From positions 283 through 64,282 of the forward strand of contig CAZTFG010000003.1 of the NCBI GenBank assembly GCA_964612725.1: a stretch of DNA of 64,000 nt. Reading direction: 5' to 3'. Shown here piece after piece: positions 50,833 through 59,595 of this stretch. The DNA comes from an uncultured Lishizhenia sp. GTDB taxonomy: Bacteria; Bacteroidota; Bacteroidia; Flavobacteriales_D; Crocinitomicaceae. Positions within the stretch are counted from its first letter, which is position 1; every line of letters begins with the position of its first letter. A program made the position numbers and the translations under genes. The notes beneath the pieces were generated by a model. It made no database searches. It was not told the origin of the DNA and was given only the letters and a program-made list of their open reading frames with translations.

Positions 50833-52161
50833 ATGGCTAAAAAGGTTTTTTTTATTTTTTTGTTGGCCCTTTCTTTGGGTGCGTTCTTGGTATTAAAACC
50901 TTTGTTATTCAAAAAGCCAGCTGCCCCCACAATTGAAGATAGATTACCTGATGAAGAATTTATTGGTAAAATTAGTTTGATTGATTTTGCTAGAGAATCT
51001 GAAAAAATCACTGAGAAAAATCAAGTGACTGTAAAAGATTTTATCGCGCATGATTTTTTATTAAGCCAAAGTAAAAATTATGGAATTGACCTGAGGAAGT
51101 ATTCCTATGTGTTTGGAAATAGTAAAGGCGAATTTGGTTTAATAGTTGAATTAACGGACAGTTCTAAAATAATGGCTGGTATCAATCGCCTAAAAATTGT
51201 TTATCCAATTAAAGACACATTAATAGGGTCGAAAAAGGTATATGTACTCAAAAAGGAAAAGCTCTATTTTTACTATGATAAATCCTATGCGTTTATTTAC
51301 AAGGGAAATCAGATTACAACCAAATTTAAGCGCATTGTAGATGCAAAATTAAAGGATCAAACCTCCACATGGAAGGCCTTTTTGAAAGATAATACCTTTA
51401 AAAAAGATTTCTTTGTAATCAGTACACAGTCCAAAAAATTGACTGACTTTGGATTAGAAAAGGCTGTACTTTCTATTCATTGTGATTCTACTCATTTTTT
51501 AATTAAAACAGCACTCAATCGGAAATACCCTTTGAATCTTTCATTGAAGGAGAAGGGTTTTGGATTTAAGACAAGTGATGAATCATCCAGTTTTCTGAAT
51601 TTACATGTGGATATTTCTAAATTTAGAGAGAATTTGGATGATGAATTTTTACGTGCGATTAATAAATTTGCAAAACGGATTAGCTTCCCAACAACTGATT
51701 TTTTAAATGCGTGGGAGGGAGATATTTCTTTCATACAAGGTGGCACAACATCTATTTCTGAGACCTATATTGAAACTCAAATGGATGATGAGTTTAACCC
51801 AATTGAAGTACGAAAATATAAGGCAATAGCCGTTCCCAAATATGCCATCATGTTGTCAATGAATGAAAAGAAAGAATCATTTTTTCAATTATTGAACGCT
51901 AAAGGTATATTAACCCAAGAGGGCACAAAATCTAGGTTTTTATTTTCACCCCCTTTAGCCAGAAAAGAATATGAAAATTATACCGTGTTTAATTCAGGTG
52001 ATGTATTTCCGGAGATTCAAGAAACTAATACGCATACCGCATTTCATTCTTGGAATGGAAAAAGATATCAATTTGATTTATTGGGATTGAAAGAACAATC
52101 ATTAATGGGAGAATTTAAAATTCATTTTTCCGACATTGTAGCCTATCTTAAATATCGTTAG
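50833..52161 (+). CDS. Membrane-anchored or secreted protein of unknown function, distant paralogue of the preceding gene
   Basis: 442 aa, starting 4 nt after the previous stop. It has an N-terminal hydrophobic segment. The N-terminal layout parallels the 48957 gene ('GIDLRKYSYVFGNSKGEFGLIVELTD' versus 'GLDFDQKINIFLGKN..ISGVTFGVSN'). Confidence 0.55.
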   Translation: MAKKVFFIFLLALSLGAFLVLKPLLFKKPAAPTIEDRLPDEEFIGKISLIDFARESEKITEKNQVTVKDFIAHDFLLSQSKNYGIDLRKYSYVFGNSKGEFGLIVELTDSSKIMAGINRLKIVYPIKDTLIGSKKVYVLKKEKLYFYYDKSYAFIYKGNQITTKFKRIVDAKLKDQTSTWKAFLKDNTFKKDFFVISTQSKKLTDFGLEKAVLSIHCDSTHFLIKTALNRKYPLNLSLKEKGFGFKTSDESSSFLNLHVDISKFRENLDDEFLRAINKFAKRISFPTTDFLNAWEGDISFIQGGTTSISETYIETQMDDEFNPIEVRKYKAIAVPKYAIMLSMNEKKESFFQLLNAKGILTQEGTKSRFLFSPPLARKEYENYTVFNSGDVFPEIQETNTHTAFHSWNGKRYQFDLLGLKEQSLMGEFKIHFSDIVAYLKYR

Positions 52162-52175
52162 GTCATACTAATAAA

Positions 52176-52206
52176 TTTGCGAATGGTCCTTTTTTTCTTA
52201 CTTTTG
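52176..52206 (+). promoter_or_regulatory. Putative Bacteroidota promoter (-33 TTTG, 19-nt spacer, -7 TACTTTTG)
   Basis: TTTG at 52176-52179 and TACTTTTG at 52199-52206. The ATG at 52215 is only 8 nt past the -7 box. Confidence 0.4.
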
Positions 52207-52214
52207 AATTGACC

Positions 52215-55200
52215 ATGACAAAACAATTTTTTCTAATACCATTTTTTCTTCTTGTATTCGGGCTTTCTGCTCAAGTATCTATTAATGAGGGATGTAATAA
52301 AAATTTCCAAACCATTTTGGATGAAGATGGTGATGCACCTGATTGGATTGAATTGTATAATTCGGGTTCTCAGTCAGTAGATTTGAATGCTTTTTCACTA
52401 ACGGACGATCCAATGGTTCCTAAAAAATGGGAATTTGTAGACGTTTCTATAGCACCAGGTCAGTTTAAAACTATTTTTTGTAGTGGTAAAAATAGAATGG
52501 GTGGAATTCCATTTCAATTTGGTCTTTCTCAGATAAATTATACCCCTTTCGTTGGTTGGAATACACATACACTCGTTACTCCATTTCAATGGGATGGTGT
52601 GAGCAACATTGTGCTAAATGTTTGTTCTTACAACAATACTCAATATACAGAAAATTCAATTGTTCGCCAGTCATCAACTCCATTTGCATCCACCCTTGTT
52701 TCATTTGTTGATGGTAGTCCTGCAGCTTGCTCTTCATCAGTGGGGTCACTATACAACCAACGGCCTAATTTGAAAATCAATAACTTGCAGATAGGGAATG
52801 GTGTTATACAAAATGCAAATACAGATTATCCTGCTCCCTATGGAAATTGGTATTGGGGCGCGCGCCATCAAATGCTCATTTTAGCTAGTGAGTTACAAGC
52901 TGCTGGTGTAGTTGCTGGACCTCTTTCCTCTATTGCATTTGATGTGGTTTCAACAACGGGAGAATTATATACTTATGTTGATTTTTCAATCACCTCCACT
53001 ACTTTAACTGAATTAACAAGTGCTTTTTTACCTGAGAATGGCTATCAGCTTCACACCAATTTTAAAATTGATACGCAAGGAGAATCCATTTTATTGTTAA
53101 ACCCAAATGAATTGGTTGTCAGTCAATTAACCGTACAATCGCCAGTAAAAGATATTTCCATTGGTCGATTTACGGATGGAACCGATGTGCTAAAATGGAT
53201 GACGCCTACACCGGCTGCAACCAATAATGTTAGTGCAACTTATGTGGACACATTAAAGTCCCCGATTTTTTCCTCTCCAAGTGGAGTGTATCAATCAAGT
53301 TTCAATGTCAGTATCACAAATCCAAATTCACCAACCAACACAAAATTAGTATACACACTCGATGGATCCTCTCCAACTATAAATTCTCCCGTTTACAGTT
53401 CTCCTTTGCTGGTAAATGCAACAACAGTTCTGCGCTCGCAAGTTTATCCAGTATCAACGAATTTAGAATTATTGCCAAGTGATAATACGGTGGCCACTTA
53501 TTTATTTAATGTTAGCCATACAACTCCTATCATTCTGGTAACTACGGATAATGCAAATTTATATGGAGCAAATGGGATATTTGACAATTATAATAGCGAT
53601 TGGCAAAAACCGGCTCATGCTGCTTATCTTTCTGAGCAATCGGGTCATCCTTTGGCATTTGAAACCAATACAGCGATTCGCCCAGAAGGCGGTGCGGGTG
53701 GTAGTAGATCTCAGCCTCAGCATTCTTTTCGATTGTCTTTCGCACACTCAGCTTTGGGAGAAAAACCGATTGAATATCCGATCATTCCGGACAGAGCCAA
53801 TAGAACAACCTATAGTGATATTTACTTAAGAAACGGAAGTAATCAATATTTAAAACTTCCCTACAAAGATGCCTCACAGGTTAGAATGATGAGTGAAGGA
53901 ACAAAAAATTACTACTCCTCTTATCGACCAGCAACCGTTTATATAAATGGTGAGTATTTTGGCTTGTATGAATTACGCGAAAAATTCAATAAAGAGTATT
54001 TTGAAATTCACGATGGTGCAGATCCAGATTCTATCGAGCTGTTGTCATTGAGTTACTTTTATAACCTGGTTTTGCGTGCCGTTGAAGGGAATGTAGATAA
54101 TTTTTGGGATTCATATAATTCGTTCTTAGCATTAAATCCGGCAGACAATAATTATTTTTCTGAAGCTGATAATTACTTTGATCTTGCTCACTACACAGAT
54201 TATATCATCTCTGAATCTTGGATGGGAAATGTGGATTGGCCTGGTAATAACATTAAAATTTATCGATCGGATAAAACACAAAATAGGTGGAGATTTGGAT
54301 TAATTGACTTAGAATTGTCTATGCAACCAAACGGATGGACAAGTTGTACAGATAATCACATTCGCTATATGTTGGATAGAGACCCAAATATCCCATACAT
54401 TAACATTTGGCTGAGGAGTATAACGAATGAAACCTATCGAAATTACTTTATTAATCGCTTTGCCGATCAAATGAATACCAGTTATAAAAACGAAAAAATT
54501 CAAGCGTTCGAACAAGCTTTTTTTAATGGAATGTACCCTGAAATGCCGTTGGAATATGCTCGGTGGGGTGATCCAAACAATGTACAAGGACAAATGAATG
54601 AGTTTGTGCAAAATCATTTAACATTCAAAAATGAATTAGCTTGCCGAAATAATGTGGTACGCTCCAATCTTGAATCAGAATTTAACTTGGAGAAACAGGT
54701 CAACTTAAATTTGGCGATTTTCCCAAATGCCTCCGGATCGATTCAGTTAAATACTATTGAACCTCAAACTTATCCTTGGACAGGTATATATTTTGATGGC
54801 GTACCAGTAAAAATGAACGCAATTCCAATTAGTGGATTTCAGTTTTCTCATTGGGAACCAAATGGATTTATTACCGACACATTAAATCCTATTTTTGAAG
54901 GAAATGTTTCTGAAAACACAACGTTTAAAGCATATTTTACTGAATTACCACCACCGGTTGATGGACCAGAAATTCATTTTTCTCTTTCTCCCAATCCAGC
55001 TAGTAATCAATTGATTCTATCGCACGACAATAAAACACAAGCTGAGGGGTGCGTATTTGAAATTTATGATTTGAATGGAAGAATAATATACCAGGATGCG
55101 ATTGATTTTACAACTACCACTACTGCTATTGACATTTCAAAATTAAGAGCCTCGTTGTATTTTGTGAAAATCAAGAAATCTAATGCAACACTTGATGTTA

Positions 55201-55220
55201 TCCGGTTTATTAAAAATTAA
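52215..55220 (+). CDS. Secreted CotH kinase-family protein with N-terminal lamin-tail domain, chitobiase-C-like Ig domain and type-A T9SS sorting domain
   Basis: LTD: 'SINE...DWIELYNSGSQSVDLNAFSLTDD'. CHB_HEX_C-like: 'FSSPSGVYQSSFNVSITN...LVYTLDGSSPT..SPVYSSPLLV'. CotH core: 'YLRNGSNQ', 'RPATVYINGEYFGLYELREKFNKEYF', 'NNIKIYRS'. CTD: 'LSPNPASNQLIL...LYFVKI'. Confidence 0.8.
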   Translation: MTKQFFLIPFFLLVFGLSAQVSINEGCNKNFQTILDEDGDAPDWIELYNSGSQSVDLNAFSLTDDPMVPKKWEFVDVSIAPGQFKTIFCSGKNRMGGIPFQFGLSQINYTPFVGWNTHTLVTPFQWDGVSNIVLNVCSYNNTQYTENSIVRQSSTPFASTLVSFVDGSPAACSSSVGSLYNQRPNLKINNLQIGNGVIQNANTDYPAPYGNWYWGARHQMLILASELQAAGVVAGPLSSIAFDVVSTTGELYTYVDFSITSTTLTELTSAFLPENGYQLHTNFKIDTQGESILLLNPNELVVSQLTVQSPVKDISIGRFTDGTDVLKWMTPTPAATNNVSATYVDTLKSPIFSSPSGVYQSSFNVSITNPNSPTNTKLVYTLDGSSPTINSPVYSSPLLVNATTVLRSQVYPVSTNLELLPSDNTVATYLFNVSHTTPIILVTTDNANLYGANGIFDNYNSDWQKPAHAAYLSEQSGHPLAFETNTAIRPEGGAGGSRSQPQHSFRLSFAHSALGEKPIEYPIIPDRANRTTYSDIYLRNGSNQYLKLPYKDASQVRMMSEGTKNYYSSYRPATVYINGEYFGLYELREKFNKEYFEIHDGADPDSIELLSLSYFYNLVLRAVEGNVDNFWDSYNSFLALNPADNNYFSEADNYFDLAHYTDYIISESWMGNVDWPGNNIKIYRSDKTQNRWRFGLIDLELSMQPNGWTSCTDNHIRYMLDRDPNIPYINIWLRSITNETYRNYFINRFADQMNTSYKNEKIQAFEQAFFNGMYPEMPLEYARWGDPNNVQGQMNEFVQNHLTFKNELACRNNVVRSNLESEFNLEKQVNLNLAIFPNASGSIQLNTIEPQTYPWTGIYFDGVPVKMNAIPISGFQFSHWEPNGFITDTLNPIFEGNVSENTTFKAYFTELPPPVDGPEIHFSLSPNPASNQLILSHDNKTQAEGCVFEIYDLNGRIIYQDAIDFTTTTTAIDISKLRASLYFVKIKKSNATLDVIRFIKN

Positions 55221-55723
55221 TACCGTTTTTTATAAATTGGAACGGTAGAACAAGGTTCTCCAAACATCAATGAAGATACCACGGGGATTAATAAACGGGT
55301 TAATTCAAGCATAGCAAACTCAGGAAATGGGATATCTGAACATCCTTTAACAATTACTTTACCACCTTTAAGTGAATCCAAATCCGTTTTTGCAATTTCC
55401 ATCACAATTAGCTGTTTGACTAACTCATCTTTAGTTGTATTGGCAAAAGTATAAGCTATATCACTCAGTGCTGCTCCAATCAACATATATGCCCAAGCTG
55501 GTATGATAGCATCTGTGGAACAAGTAATTAGAACTGCTTTCTCTTGATAAACCAACCAATCTTTTTCCTTAATCCATGTCCTGAATTCTTTTTCTTTCAG
55601 CACCAACCCTTGCCATAATTGTTCGGCTAAATCAATGATAACAATTTCATTTTTCGGCGAATAAATTGCTAAATCCAATGAAATCAGTCCGCTTTGTTGT
55701 ATTTTATTGATAATTTGATCCAT
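55217..55723 (-). CDS. Conserved Bacteroidota protein, DUF2480-like
   Basis: About 168 aa from ATG 55723. The track start at 55732 is a TTG. The layout 'SGLISLDLAIY...LAEQLWQGLVLKEKEFR' matches my recollection of DUF2480. This has not been verified. Confidence 0.45.
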   Translation of the reverse strand: MDQIINKIQQSGLISLDLAIYSPKNEIVIIDLAEQLWQGLVLKEKEFRTWIKEKDWLVYQEKAVLITCSTDAIIPAWAYMLIGAALSDIAYTFANTTKDELVKQLIVMEIAKTDLDSLKGGKVIVKGCSDIPFPEFAMLELTRLLIPVVSSLMFGEPCSTVPIYKKRY

Positions 55724-55848
55724 GATATTCAATGTGTAAAATTAACTGTTTATGATTCAATTCTCTCTTCCCTGAGGAATAATTTACACATGAAATAATT
55801 TTTATTTAACACTTTTTCAAAAAGCAGAAAAGTAAAGTGTGAATTCAT

Positions 55849-55856
55849 TAAATTTG
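55849..55856 (+). promoter_or_regulatory. Bacteroidota -7 promoter box (TAnnTTTG) upstream of etfB
   Basis: TAAATTTG lies 57 nt upstream of ATG 55914. No convincing -33 TTTG is present. Confidence 0.3.
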
Positions 55857-55913
55857 CCTTGCTTAATACGAATAATGCATTTAGCACAATTAAAATACGT
55901 AATCAATTAATCT

Positions 55914-56654
55914 ATGAAAATATTAGTTTGTATAAGTAAATCACCGGATACCACATCCAAAATAGCATTTACTTCAGGCAACACTTCTTTTGATGAAAAT
56001 GGTGTTCAATACATTGTGAATCCTTATGACGAATGGTATGCATTGGTGCGTGCCTTGGAATTGAAAGAAACAATGGGTGGAAGCGTTACTATTATTACGG
56101 TTGGAAGTGCTGTTGATGAATCTATAATGAGAAAAGCACTTGCTATTGGAGCAGATGATGCAGTGCGCATTGATGCTGATCCAAAGGATGCGTATTATAC
56201 TGCCATGCAAATTTCATCGTATGCAAAAGACCAAGGTTTTGATCTTGTTTTAGTAGGTAAAGAAACGATAAATTATAACGGTTCTCAAGTGGGTGGTATG
56301 ATTGCAGAAGCAATGCAATTGCCATTTGTTTCTCTTGCATCAAAACTAGATGTTGCAGGAAATACGATCACGCTAGAGAGAGAAATTGCCGGAGGAGTTC
56401 AAGTGGTAGAAGTTTCTACTCCAGCCGTGATTTCTTGCGCAAAAGGAATGGCAGAACAACGAATTCAAAATATGCGTGGAATTATGGCGGCTCGTACGCG
56501 TCAATTAACGGTTGTTCCTGCGGCAGAATTACAAGAACTTACATCTTATGTAATGTATGACCTGCCAGCTGCTAAAAGTGCATGCAAAATGATTTCTCCA
56601 GATAACATGGACGAATTAGTTCAGTTGTTACATAATGAAGCGAAAGTGATTTAA
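55914..56654 (+). CDS. etfB: Electron transfer flavoprotein subunit beta
   Basis: 246 aa. 'MKILVCISKSPDT', 'NPYDEWYALVRALEL', 'DLVLVGKETINYNGSQVG'. Confidence 0.93.
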   Translation: MKILVCISKSPDTTSKIAFTSGNTSFDENGVQYIVNPYDEWYALVRALELKETMGGSVTIITVGSAVDESIMRKALAIGADDAVRIDADPKDAYYTAMQISSYAKDQGFDLVLVGKETINYNGSQVGGMIAEAMQLPFVSLASKLDVAGNTITLEREIAGGVQVVEVSTPAVISCAKGMAEQRIQNMRGIMAARTRQLTVVPAAELQELTSYVMYDLPAAKSACKMISPDNMDELVQLLHNEAKVI

Positions 56655-56672
56655 TCAAAAGAAAAAAGTACA

Positions 56673-57614
56673 ATGACATTAGTTTATATACATTCAGAAA
56701 ATGGCTTATCTAAAGCAGCGAAGGAAGTTGTTTCATATGCCAAAAAATTAGGAGAGGATGTTTCTGTTATTACCAATGGAAATGCTTCCTCAGATGTATT
56801 AGCACAATTAGGTGAATATGGAGCCTCTTCCGTAATGGTAGATCGTTCGGTTTCTGTAGATGATCACCAGCAATTAGTTGATTTGCTTGCTTATGCGGCT
56901 GATAAAACCGGCGCGACAACCCTTGTTTTTTCTCATGATTTGACAGCGAAAGCTATTGCTCCGCGCATTTCAGTTCGTTTACAAGCTGGTCTTGTTTCTG
57001 GTGCAACGGATGTACCAAATGAATCTGGCGCAATACGTGTAAATGTTTTTTCTGGGAAAGCGTTTGGTTTTGTTAAAGTTAATTCTTCCAAGCGAATAAT
57101 TTCTTTGCTTCCTAATAGTTTCCAACCTGAAATATCAGGATCAGCTTGTGTTGTAGAAGAAATAAATTCTAATGCTGCTGCAGGTAGAATAAAATTAATT
57201 ACCACCAAAAAACCAGAAGGTGAAATTCCATTGCCTGAAGCAGAATTAGTTGTTTCTGCAGGAAGGGGGCTGAAAGGTCCAGAAAACTGGGGAATGGTAG
57301 AGGAGTTAGCAAAATCTTTAGGTGCTGCTACCGCTTGTTCAAGGCCAGTTGCCGATATTGGCTGGAGACCGCATCATGAGCACGTTGGTCAAACAGGGGT
57401 TGCAATCAGACCTAATTTATATATTGCTGCTGGAATTTCAGGAGCTATTCAGCACTTAGCAGGTGTAAATGGATCTAAGGTTATTGTAGTTATCAATACA
57501 GACCAAGAAGCGCCATTTTTCAAGGCCGCTGACTATGGTGTTGTAGGTGATGCTTTTGAAGTATTACCGAAATTGACTGCAGCTATCACAAAGTTCAAGG
57601 CAGGTCAACATTAA
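56673..57614 (+). CDS. etfA: Electron transfer flavoprotein subunit alpha
   Basis: 313 aa. FAD-binding C-terminal domain 'VVSAGRGL', 'GQTGVAIRPNLYIAAGISGAIQHLAG', 'IVVINTDQEAPFF..ADYGVVGD'. Confidence 0.93.
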   Translation: MTLVYIHSENGLSKAAKEVVSYAKKLGEDVSVITNGNASSDVLAQLGEYGASSVMVDRSVSVDDHQQLVDLLAYAADKTGATTLVFSHDLTAKAIAPRISVRLQAGLVSGATDVPNESGAIRVNVFSGKAFGFVKVNSSKRIISLLPNSFQPEISGSACVVEEINSNAAAGRIKLITTKKPEGEIPLPEAELVVSAGRGLKGPENWGMVEELAKSLGAATACSRPVADIGWRPHHEHVGQTGVAIRPNLYIAAGISGAIQHLAGVNGSKVIVVINTDQEAPFFKAADYGVVGDAFEVLPKLTAAITKFKAGQH

Positions 57615-57623
57615 GTTTCCTCC

Positions 57624-58223
57624 ATGCAAAAAATTAAATTAATCATATCAGCATTATCTTACAGCCAAACGCAATCTGGTGCGTATGCGTTAATGCTAAC
57701 TGAAGTTGGAGGGAAACGCAAACTACCTATTGTTATCGGTGGTTTTGAAGCGCAAGCCATTGCTGTTGAATTGGAAAAGATGAAACCCAATCGCCCCTTA
57801 ACGCATGATTTGTTTAAAAGTTTTGCGGTTGCATATGAAATTGAAGTAAAGGAAATTATCATTTATAAATTTGATGAGGGTATTTTCTTTGCTAAGATTG
57901 TTTGTTCCAAAGATGGCGTACTAACGGAAATTGATTCTCGTACTTCAGATGCAATCGCCATTGGGGTTCGATTTGACTGCCCAATATTTACATATGATTC
58001 TATATTAAAAGATGCTGGAACACTTATCGATGATGAATTTGACATGGAAGACATGGATGATTTGGACGATGAGGATGACGACATTGATTTTGGTTCTGAT
58101 GGGGGTGCATTGAATAATGCAAGCATGGAAGACTTAGAAAACATGTTACGAGAGGCTATCGATAATGAAGATTATGAAGCTGCTTCTAAAATCCGTGATG
58201 AAATGAAAAACCGAGCGGAATGA
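57624..58223 (+). CDS. Bifunctional nuclease (DUF151) family protein with acidic linker and C-terminal UVR-like motif
   Basis: 199 aa. 'RKLPIVIGGFEAQAIA', 'RPLTHDL', 'DSRTSDAIAIGVRF..PIF', then 'DMEDMDDLDDEDDDID' and 'EDYEAASKIRDEM'. Confidence 0.8.
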   Translation: MQKIKLIISALSYSQTQSGAYALMLTEVGGKRKLPIVIGGFEAQAIAVELEKMKPNRPLTHDLFKSFAVAYEIEVKEIIIYKFDEGIFFAKIVCSKDGVLTEIDSRTSDAIAIGVRFDCPIFTYDSILKDAGTLIDDEFDMEDMDDLDDEDDDIDFGSDGGALNNASMEDLENMLREAIDNEDYEAASKIRDEMKNRAE

Positions 58224-59512
58224 TTACCATAAAAAACCGCCTCACCTTAATGAGCTTTCTACAATTTTATGTGTGGGGAGCATGGTTAACCACTATTGGA
58301 ACGTATTGTACAGAAGGAAAAGGATGGACATTCGGTCAATTTGGTGCTATTTTTTCAACTTTAGCCCTTTCATCAATTTTAATGCCCTCATTAATTGGAA
58401 TTATAGCCGATAAATGGATGCGTGCTGAACGGTTGTATGGACTTTTACATATTTTCTATGGCTGTTTTCTGCTTTTGGTTCCAAACTTAACTTGGCTTCA
58501 GTCACAAGTCACGCTATTTTCTGCTATGCCCGAATATGACTTACTTTATTGGGTGATTTTTGCTGCAATGATTTGTTACATGCCTACCATTTCATTGTCC
58601 AATTCGGTTTCTTACCGCATTTTGAAAATGTTCAATTTTGATGTTGTAAAAGATTTTCCGCCCATTCGGGTTTGGGGAACCATTGGGTTTATTCTGGCTA
58701 TGTGGACAACGAATCTATCAGGAAGTAAAGACAATTCTATGCAATTCGTTATTGCTGGCTCCATTGCGATTTTATTAGGTGTTTATGCATTTACTCTTCC
58801 AGCTTGTAGTCCTGAGGAAAAAACTACGGAGAAGAAATCAATTATTGAATTGCTTGGGTTGAATGCCTTTAAATTATTTGGAAATTATCAAATGGCTTTA
58901 TTTTTTATTTTTTCCATGTTATTAGGAGCTGCCCTTCAGCTGTCTAACATGTATGGAGATGCCTACTTGAGTAGTTTTCCAAAAGATTCCATCGTTGAAA
59001 AGTATTCGACCATTATTTACTCTATTTCACAGGTTTCAGAAACAATATTTATTCTTACCATTCCTTTTTTCTTAAGGCGTTTTGGGATGAAACAGGTTAT
59101 GTTGTTTGCACTCATTGCTTGGGTTTTACGTTATGGTTTTTTTGCTGTAGGAGAACAGTCATTTGGTAGTATTTTTATTGTGTTAAGTTGCATTGTGTAT
59201 GGAATGGCATTTGATTTTTTCCTTATTTCCGGCTCGATGTACATTGAAACAACTACGGATGCGCGTATAAGGTCAAGTGCTCAGGGATTATTTATCATGA
59301 TGACCAATGGTTTTGGTGCTTTTTTCGGCACAGTAGCCAGTAGTTGGATGATTGATCATTATTATAAGCTTCCTGATGGAACAACAGATTGGACAGGCAC
59401 CTGGATATTTTTTGCAGGATATTCGTTAGTGGTTGCTCTATTATTTGGGTTACTTTTCAAACAGAAAAAACAAGAGGGATCAACCCAGGAAATGAATATC
59501 AACCATCATTAA
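58220..59512 (+). CDS. Nucleoside:H+ symporter family MFS permease (NupG/XapB-like)
   Basis: 430 aa, 12 TM. N-terminus 'RLTLMSFLQFYVWGAWLTTIGTY' is typical of the Nuc_H_symport family. ATGA overlap with the nuclease gene. Confidence 0.8.
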   Translation: MITIKNRLTLMSFLQFYVWGAWLTTIGTYCTEGKGWTFGQFGAIFSTLALSSILMPSLIGIIADKWMRAERLYGLLHIFYGCFLLLVPNLTWLQSQVTLFSAMPEYDLLYWVIFAAMICYMPTISLSNSVSYRILKMFNFDVVKDFPPIRVWGTIGFILAMWTTNLSGSKDNSMQFVIAGSIAILLGVYAFTLPACSPEEKTTEKKSIIELLGLNAFKLFGNYQMALFFIFSMLLGAALQLSNMYGDAYLSSFPKDSIVEKYSTIIYSISQVSETIFILTIPFFLRRFGMKQVMLFALIAWVLRYGFFAVGEQSFGSIFIVLSCIVYGMAFDFFLISGSMYIETTTDARIRSSAQGLFIMMTNGFGAFFGTVASSWMIDHYYKLPDGTTDWTGTWIFFAGYSLVVALLFGLLFKQKKQEGSTQEMNINHH

Positions 59513-59544
59513 TATGTGTTGACGGGGTAAAACCTTCTAAGCCC

Positions 59545-59576
59545 TTTGTTGGTTCAACAAAAAAAGCATACCTTTG
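59545..59576 (+). promoter_or_regulatory. Putative Bacteroidota promoter (-33 TTTG, 20-nt spacer, -7 TACCTTTG) for prs-rplY
   Basis: TTTG at 59545-59548 and TACCTTTG at 59569-59576. This is canonical spacing, 19 nt upstream of the GTG start at 59596. Confidence 0.5.
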
Positions 59577-59595
59577 CACCTCAAAAAGTAAGAAG

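Noticed and set aside
52857-52866. GGCGCGCGCC 10-bp palindrome inside the cotH coding region.
   Set aside because: It lies in-frame in a conserved part of the ORF (encoding WGARH). It shares only the GCGCGC core with the marR-region palindrome, so it is most likely coincidental.
55733-55790. Inverted repeat tgtgtaaa(a)tt ... aatttacaca with a ~40-nt spacer, in the DUF2480/etfB divergent region.
   Set aside because: It has only 8 perfectly paired bp of AT-rich sequence with a large loop, which is easily produced by chance in AT-rich intergenic DNA. It could be an operator, but the sequence gives no supporting evidence.
59389-59595. 5' extension of the prs ORF, which overlaps the nucleoside permease gene by 124 nt.
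   Set aside because: The extension ('MDRHLDIFCRIFVSGCS...') has no Prs similarity. A canonical promoter (59545-59576) lies inside it. A GTG at 59596 yields a normal-length Prs starting '(M)SYGVKLFSG'.
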